DNA of 64,000 nucleotides from contig CANNKG010000003.1 of the NCBI GenBank assembly GCA_947505105.1, positions 987-64,986 of the forward strand, read 5' to 3'. This document shows, one piece after another, positions 58,038 through 64,000 of the stretch. Position 1 is the stretch's first letter. Each line of letters opens with the position of its first letter. The position numbers were made by a program, and so were the translations under genes. Origin of the DNA: Methylococcaceae bacterium. GTDB lineage: Bacteria; Pseudomonadota; Gammaproteobacteria; Methylococcales; Methylomonadaceae. Below the pieces are notes generated by a model. It saw nothing but the letters and a program-made list of their open reading frames with translations, searched no databases and was not told the origin of the DNA.

Positions 58038-60500
58038 CTATTGCAAAAGAGTCGATAAGATCCGGTTATTGTGCAAATAATGGACACTCCCACCTTGAAT
58101 CACAGCCCGGTCATTATAAGTGCTCTGTCCTGCATAATTCATTGAAGAGAAATCATTGGTATTGGCAATCAAGCGCCGTTGCAATTTAATTCCTGGCGTT
58201 GAGCCAGTATCGATACTGAAAGTATACAACCCGGTATGAGTCCATTCATAGTAAGCATTTGGCTGGCTATAGTCATAACTATAACCATAGGTACTGGGGT
58301 AAAAATCATTATGCAGTTCAACCGGAATTGCCAGCGTTGCTTGCGTGCCCGAGGCCAGCCAAGCCAAGGCATGATGATCGCTTAAAACCGCCGAATCAGT
58401 GCCACGTTTACCGATCACCACAGTTTGAACCTCACGCAAATTTTCCTTGCTTGAAATATCATACAGTGACAGCTTAACGCCCTGATACCAAGCGCCTCGG
58501 CTATCGCCCCCAAAAGTATTAATCGTATCGGGCACGGCATCTTTACCGATACCGAGCAAGTAGTTATCACCGATCGGATGCAAGTAATCCGAGTAGCCAT
58601 CAATGTGAAGTTCACCAATAATGTTAGGCTTGGCGGGTTCTGTGAAATCGAGCACGTACAACGGATCGGTCACTCTAAAGGTCACCAAATAGCCACGGTT
58701 CTGAATGAAGCGTGCCGCATACAGTCGCTCGCCAGGTTTCCCCAGATTGTCTATAGAACTGATCTCCTTCAACTGCTTCTGCTGCGTATCTTCCTGAAGC
58801 ACGGAGACCCTCGTCGTGGAATTATTAGTCCAAGTATCGCCTCTTGAGGTAGCAACTTTCAAAATGTTATTGTATTCACCCATTCTGAACGGCTGTTTAT
58901 CCACTTCCCAACCGAGATGCCCAGGCACCGAACCTGAACCTTTGTAGAGCAAGGCATTATTCGCCAACGTAAACTTATGAATTTCAGTCCGCATTTCATC
59001 AGGCTGATTGTAGACGATGTTATTGCCTGAAAGTTGATACGGATAACGGCTACTTGCCAGATAAATTGCCTGGGTAGACATATAAAAAGTATCGACGTTA
59101 CCCGCAATACACACCGAATAATGATTTTGAGGTGCCTGCAATGGAATTGCGGTCACCGTAATCAAGGTATTATCGACGACCTTATTACTGCTTAACGCCG
59201 GCACATAACAATCGGTTGCTTTGACCAGCGGCACCGCTTCCCCTTTATCGAACGCAATTGTCGGTAGTAAACTTTCAATCGTTTTGGTCGGTGGCGGCGT
59301 AGGTTCGGGCAATAACAACACATCAGGCGAAACTGCCGAAATTTGGGGATTAGGCTTAATATCGACCGCAAGCGGGATTATGGGCTCAGGATAGAGATAT
59401 TCCGGATTTTTACGAGTCACCAGATACAGCACATTATTAACGACGCGACTTGAAATCAGCGCACTGTTAATGGTAATCGACTGCTTAATCTGCATCGCGC
59501 TGGGTTGACTGACATCAATAAATTTGATTTCTGTTTCGTTGTCACGCCAATAATAAGGCATGCGCCAGATCGAATAGATCGGATAATTCATTGAGTCATT
59601 CAAATAAATAAGCTGGGTGGGATTCGTTCCCTTGTCATTAACGGGCAAGTACAGCATGCCGTTTTGGTAGCCTTGATTACCGAGTTCCAATTTACCCAAA
59701 CTCGTGGTGCTGGCCGGTTTTTCAGTCATTCGATAGACATTTAAGCATTCAGTGGAATTATCCTTGGCGCAAGTTTCAAGGGTAAATAATTGATCATTGA
59801 CGGCTTTAATTCGATCGCTTTCATCGACGCCTAATTCCTGAATATTGGTCTGAGATACCTCACTTGCATTAGAGCCGCTATCTTCAACTGCCGGAGGTGT
59901 ACTCGTGCTCGTCACCATTCCAGAAACACTTGGGGAAAAATTAACACTCCCCGTAGAATATTTATTGGACGACAGCGGACCACGATCAAAAAACTCCGAC
60001 AGCACCTCTTTATGCTCGATACGATGTAGCGCCGCGTCAGTTTTATTAAAAACCAACAACGAAGCCGGATCGATACTATAAAGAATCGGTGCTTGGCCAT
60101 CCACTTGATAGCCGGTATAAACAAGATACTCACCGGATGGCAATTGGCTATTGTTTAAGACCGTAAACTTCTCCTGTTTTGCGAGCGTTTTAATCTGAAA
60201 AACTTGTAAAGAATCCGGTTTAAAATCCCATGCCACCCAACCGGCTGGGGTATACATATACAGCTGATCATTATATTTGGCCACCACATAAAGACGACCG
60301 GTCTTACCTACATGTTCAGGGTTGATCGTCAAGGTAAACCCCAGTTGAATGGCCTCGCCGGTCAAAAAAGTGTTACTGGCGGTTTTCTCTTGATTGGTCA
60401 GGGTATGACTATTCGTGGCGCCCGGAATTAGGGTGGCAGATTGCCCCATTCCACATAAAAAAAAGCTGGCCAAAAATAGCGAAATTGTCGAGTGCTTCAT
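58038..60500 (-). CDS. Secreted beta-propeller-domain protein (resembles the Beta_propel family) with an extra N-terminal module
   Basis: It has a signal peptide (ISLFLASFFLCGMGQSA) and a GAGGAA RBS. The segment RFIQNRGYLVTFRVTDPLYVLDFTEPAKPNIIGELHIDGYSDYLHPIGDNYLLGIG is characteristic of that family as I recall it. Confidence 0.75.
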   Translation of the reverse strand: MKHSTISLFLASFFLCGMGQSATLIPGATNSHTLTNQEKTASNTFLTGEAIQLGFTLTINPEHVGKTGRLYVVAKYNDQLYMYTPAGWVAWDFKPDSLQVFQIKTLAKQEKFTVLNNSQLPSGEYLVYTGYQVDGQAPILYSIDPASLLVFNKTDAALHRIEHKEVLSEFFDRGPLSSNKYSTGSVNFSPSVSGMVTSTSTPPAVEDSGSNASEVSQTNIQELGVDESDRIKAVNDQLFTLETCAKDNSTECLNVYRMTEKPASTTSLGKLELGNQGYQNGMLYLPVNDKGTNPTQLIYLNDSMNYPIYSIWRMPYYWRDNETEIKFIDVSQPSAMQIKQSITINSALISSRVVNNVLYLVTRKNPEYLYPEPIIPLAVDIKPNPQISAVSPDVLLLPEPTPPPTKTIESLLPTIAFDKGEAVPLVKATDCYVPALSSNKVVDNTLITVTAIPLQAPQNHYSVCIAGNVDTFYMSTQAIYLASSRYPYQLSGNNIVYNQPDEMRTEIHKFTLANNALLYKGSGSVPGHLGWEVDKQPFRMGEYNNILKVATSRGDTWTNNSTTRVSVLQEDTQQKQLKEISSIDNLGKPGERLYAARFIQNRGYLVTFRVTDPLYVLDFTEPAKPNIIGELHIDGYSDYLHPIGDNYLLGIGKDAVPDTINTFGGDSRGAWYQGVKLSLYDISSKENLREVQTVVIGKRGTDSAVLSDHHALAWLASGTQATLAIPVELHNDFYPSTYGYSYDYSQPNAYYEWTHTGLYTFSIDTGSTPGIKLQRRLIANTNDFSSMNYAGQSTYNDRAVIQGGSVHYLHNNRILSTLLQ

Positions 60501-60968
60501 AATGATTCCTCATCAAAGATATTTATAATATTATTCTTAGATTAAACGCAATTAATGCAAAATTATTAAATGACAGCAATGAACCTAAAAGCCGGTTGAG
60601 GCATATTGCCATGTCCCGCGTGTTAGGATTAAGGGGGCATTCAGTTTGTTCAAGTACAATAACAGGCACTAATGTTTTTAAGCATCCATTGTGCCATGAG
60701 CTAGCGACACTTATTGTTTAAGCCGCACCTGAACTTCAAGCCTAAGGATCGGATAGCGCTGCCTAACCCTGCATAATTTGTAAACAACTGTAAAGTTTTC
60801 TAACAAAAATTGCAGAGTAGAATTAAATACTTGCACTCAAACAAGAAGGCAACAACAGGATGAAGGTTTGTTAACTTGATAAGTATGCAAAACTTTCAAA
60901 GTTCATGACCTAATGGATCAAATCGCTTATCATGTCAATTAACCTATAATTATCAACAGGGGAAACTT

Positions 60969-61994
60969 ATGCGGCAGATGTTTTGCACTTTATTACTGTT
61001 CTTTAGCATTTTCACGCTTAATGATTCAGCATCGGCGGGTGAATTATCAACCGTCGTCACTCAAACCAAATTAAACAGCGATCAATCCGCTCCTCTGCAA
61101 TGCGCAGCGTTTAGTCCTTATGTCGATAAATTAAACCCTGACTGGGGTGCGCATCCCCCACGCGAAGTCATTAATGCCTTACTAGACAAATTGATTGCCG
61201 AAACGCCATTTCGTTGTATCGTCACTTATGGCGTCCTAAATGGCCTAGAATATGTATTTGCCGCCGCTGAAGCCCGTAAACTTAAAGTGATTGCAATTTT
61301 ATGGATCGACAAAGATATTGCGATCAATTCTCAATCGATTGCTAGTGGCATTGAAGTAGCCAAAGCATTTCCAAAGACCATCATCAAATTAAGCTGCGGT
61401 TCGGAAGTCAGAACCCGTCATGGTTATGTATTCGATAATGAAATTATGCGTTGTATCGATGCGCTTCGTGCCGCCGACGTCACGCAACCGATCACCACCA
61501 TTGATACTTGGTGGGAGTGGTGTAATCGAACCACTCCGTGCCAAACAACCTTATTCACCGATAAAGTCGACTGGATTGGCGTCAATGTATTTCCATGGTG
61601 GGAAAATAGACACTCTGGGCTATTTGCTTGCACGCCTGCTGAAAAAGCAGCAGATTTTCATATCGCCAGATTGGAAGCACTCCACCTTACTTACCCCGGA
61701 AAAGACATTATGCTAACCGAGTTCGGCTGGCCCAATGGACCGGAAGGTGCCACGGTTGAAAACACCCGCTCGGGCGAACATTGCGGCATCGCCAGTAAAG
61801 AAAATCAGCGCAAAGTGGTCGTTGAGACTTTCCAGAAACTTGCCGCTAAAAAATGGTCCGGCTCAGTATTCGAGGCTTTTTCAGAAGAATGGAAACCTTC
61901 GATTGAAGGCGATGTTGGAAATTTTTGGGGACTTTGTGAAAGTCACCCGCCCTACAATTGCTTGAAAGGATTAGAGCAAGCGGCTCAAAAATAA
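60969..61994 (+). CDS. Secreted glycoside hydrolase family 17-like protein (NdvC-like beta-glucan transglycosylase candidate)
   Basis: It has a signal peptide (LLLFFSIFTLNDSASA). The motifs GSEVRTR (cf. GNEVL) and MLTEFGWPN (cf. ITEVGWPS) match those in the GH17 domain of the 49748-52363 product. Confidence 0.75.
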   Translation: MRQMFCTLLLFFSIFTLNDSASAGELSTVVTQTKLNSDQSAPLQCAAFSPYVDKLNPDWGAHPPREVINALLDKLIAETPFRCIVTYGVLNGLEYVFAAAEARKLKVIAILWIDKDIAINSQSIASGIEVAKAFPKTIIKLSCGSEVRTRHGYVFDNEIMRCIDALRAADVTQPITTIDTWWEWCNRTTPCQTTLFTDKVDWIGVNVFPWWENRHSGLFACTPAEKAADFHIARLEALHLTYPGKDIMLTEFGWPNGPEGATVENTRSGEHCGIASKENQRKVVVETFQKLAAKKWSGSVFEAFSEEWKPSIEGDVGNFWGLCESHPPYNCLKGLEQAAQK

Positions 61995-62019
61995 AATTAT
62001 TATTCAGGATGAAAGCCAG

Positions 62020-63618
62020 ATGAACGATACCCTCGAAAGCCATACAGTCGATACAGATCAATCTGCAACGCTGATGCATGCTTTATGTGCTCCAGAGGCC
62101 TATCCGCATGAAATTTCGAAGGTCAAAATTATTGAAACCCATATCTCCAGACTGTTATTGACCGGTAATTACGTTTACAAAATAAAAAAACCGGTCAACT
62201 TTGGCTTTCTGGATTTTTCAAGTCTCGAAAAACGACATTTTTATTGCCAGGAAGAACTACGCTTAAATCAGCGCTTATCAAAAAACCTGTACCTTGAAGT
62301 CGTCCCAATTACCGGCAGTTACTCACAACCAAAAATCTCAGGCAGTGGTAATCCGATCGAATATGCCGTTAAAATGCGGCAATTTCCAACGGGCGGGTTA
62401 TTAAGTGAATTTGCGACACAAAAGATCCTAAATGCATCAATAATAGATGAACTCGCATTACTGGTCGCCGAATTCCATCAAAATACCGAGGTTATAGAAC
62501 CTCATTCCATGCTTGGTTCAGCCCACACCATTAAGCATTGGTTTAACGAAAATTTTCAGCATATTCATCCATTACTAAGCTCGCAGGCAGATAAAATACA
62601 ACTGGAAACAATTAAACTTTGGGGAAAACAAGAATGGCGCCGTAATGCCGGCCTGTTCCAGATTAGACTCATTGATGGATTCATTCGTAGCGTTCACGGT
62701 GATCTTCATCTTAGCAATATCACGCTTTATCAAGGAACGCTGACTGCTTTTGACTGTATTGAATTCAACCCAATGTTACGTTGCATTGATGTTCAAAATG
62801 ACATTGCTTTTTTGCTTATCGATTTATGGTTTTTTGATTATCCTCAGCATGCGTATCGGTTTCTGAACCGGTATCTGCAACTGACCGGCGATTATGCAGG
62901 ACTTCAGGTACTACCCTACTACTTGGTTTACAGGGCTCTAGTGCTCGCCAAAGTAGCCTTACTGCGTCGAACTCAACAACAACAGCAAACCGAAGTCACC
63001 CGGCTTTATCAGGAATACAAAAAGTATCTATTTCTTGCCGAACAATTTACTCAAGCACCTCGAGTTATGCTAATCATTACTCACGGTTTTTCAGGCGCTG
63101 GAAAATCGGTGATTGCAGAGCAAGTTGCCAATAGAATTGGGGCAATCTGGCTTAGATCGGATGTCGAACGCAAACGCTTATTCGGTTACGCTCCGTTAGC
63201 GGATACCGACAGCGCCATTGACGGTGGCGTTTATTCTAAACATCATACTCGCGAAACTTATAAGCATCTGGAGCATCAGACACGGGAGATTCTAAGTGCA
63301 GGCTTCTCAGTCATCATTGATGCAACGTTTCTAAAACAGACACAACGCAAACCATTTCAAAAATTGGCAGAGACACAGGGAAACCCTTTCATCATTCTCA
63401 GCATTGAAGCCTCGGAGCCAGAGTTATGCCGACGCATTGAACTACGCCAGAATGACGCCTCTGAAGCGACCATTGCCGTGTTACATAGACAACAAGGCAC
63501 CGCCGAGCCGTTGTCGACTGAAGAATCAGCTCACACCTTAACTATTAATTCAGAACTCACCCCAACCATCGACTCGATAGTGAAAGATTTGCTCAAAATT
63601 AGCACTCAATCAATATAA
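62020..63618 (+). CDS. Fusion of an aminoglycoside-phosphotransferase-fold kinase domain with a C-terminal P-loop (AAA_33/zeta-like) kinase domain
   Basis: The catalytic loop is HGDLHLSNI, with a downstream FDCIEF. The P-loop is HGFSGAGKS. The gene starts 25 nt after the GH17 stop. Confidence 0.8.
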   Translation: MNDTLESHTVDTDQSATLMHALCAPEAYPHEISKVKIIETHISRLLLTGNYVYKIKKPVNFGFLDFSSLEKRHFYCQEELRLNQRLSKNLYLEVVPITGSYSQPKISGSGNPIEYAVKMRQFPTGGLLSEFATQKILNASIIDELALLVAEFHQNTEVIEPHSMLGSAHTIKHWFNENFQHIHPLLSSQADKIQLETIKLWGKQEWRRNAGLFQIRLIDGFIRSVHGDLHLSNITLYQGTLTAFDCIEFNPMLRCIDVQNDIAFLLIDLWFFDYPQHAYRFLNRYLQLTGDYAGLQVLPYYLVYRALVLAKVALLRRTQQQQQTEVTRLYQEYKKYLFLAEQFTQAPRVMLIITHGFSGAGKSVIAEQVANRIGAIWLRSDVERKRLFGYAPLADTDSAIDGGVYSKHHTRETYKHLEHQTREILSAGFSVIIDATFLKQTQRKPFQKLAETQGNPFIILSIEASEPELCRRIELRQNDASEATIAVLHRQQGTAEPLSTEESAHTLTINSELTPTIDSIVKDLLKISTQSI

Positions 63619-64000
63619 AAACCGACCCGATAACAAAATAATTGAGTGTTGCGGCGATCTTTGACGTGCAAAATCGTCTCCGGCTCCCAGTCCGGAACAG
63701 GAAACGATGAGGAAACAAATAAGGTTCCGGGTCGCATTTTCAAGCGCACCTGCTCGCCTATTTGTGCCATAACTGCCGGAGAGAGGAAAGCAAATACCAG
63801 ATCGTAATCACTCAACTGAGCTTTCCAAAAACTTCCGCGAATAACGCGAATATTCGGCCATTTTCGAGCGCGCTGGTAACAAATCAACCAAGGAATCGGC
63901 GCACGTTCAAAGGCATCAAGCGCCAGATTTGGACAATGCTGCGCTAAAGGCAAAATCACCGAGCCCACCCCCGCGCCGAAATCAGCAAAACGACTAGCGG
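63606..64000 (-). CDS. Class I SAM-dependent methyltransferase, 5' end outside the window
   Basis: The minus-strand frame is open to the window edge. Residues encoded at 63969-63998 read ASRFADFGAG(V)GS, the SAM-binding motif I, so the GTG at 63968 is internal. Confidence 0.75.
   Translation of the reverse strand, partial: ASRFADFGAGVGSVILPLAQHCPNLALDAFERAPIPWLICYQRARKWPNIRVIRGSFWKAQLSDYDLVFAFLSPAVMAQIGEQVRLKMRPGTLFVSSSFPVPDWEPETILHVKDRRNTQLFCYRVGFYID

Noticed and set aside
1-64000. Search for CRISPR arrays, rRNA genes, transposases or IS elements, integrons, toxin-antitoxin pairs and recognisable phage-defence operons
   Set aside because: I found no regularly spaced direct repeats, no rRNA-like sequence and no transposase or integrase motifs in any listed ORF. 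This was a by-eye scan only. Short or degenerate elements could have been missed.

Overview
This 64-kb window looks like chromosome from a moderately AT-rich gammaproteobacterium. The evidence is E. coli-like synteny blocks: lon-hupB-tRNA-tRNA-ppiD, mltD/yafS/rnhA, fabA-fabB, yejABEF and rpoH. The exact taxon cannot be fixed from sequence alone. I support about 50 protein-coding genes, two tRNAs (Asp-GTC, Val-TAC), several rho-independent terminators and a few repeat or structured elements. I saw no rRNA, CRISPR array, transposase, integrase or prophage genes. Housekeeping genes alternate with accessory patches, listed here in window order. (1) A visibly GC-richer left edge encodes a 5'-truncated giant surface protein (PKD/cadherin-like repeats, FG-GAP propeller, two PASTA-like modules, orphan C-terminus), followed by a REP-like double hairpin. 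(2) Two tandem secreted DUF1566 proteins; one shares an unannotated N-terminal module with a secreted beta-propeller protein 43 kb away. (3) A compact Ter-type module: a TerC/DUF475-like membrane protein, three TerD paralogs and a tightly coupled ATP-grasp ligase, next to a membrane protein with a cupredoxin-like domain. (4) A membrane-anchored AlbA_2/Schlafen-like protein. (5) Two paralogous ~65-aa proteins in inverted orientation bracketing a cation-diffusion-facilitator gene, with dense palindromes upstream. (6) An NdvB-like GH17-GT2 glucan synthase with galU, and 8.6 kb further on a second secreted GH17 gene that appears co-transcribed with an APH-fold/P-loop kinase fusion. (7) A ~310-bp element closed by inverted repeats, with a GC-rich core and no credible ORF, in a 750-bp intergenic gap. 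Candidates 2, 3, 5 and 7 are the ones I would pursue first. All family assignments come from motif recognition by eye and need HMM or BLAST confirmation.
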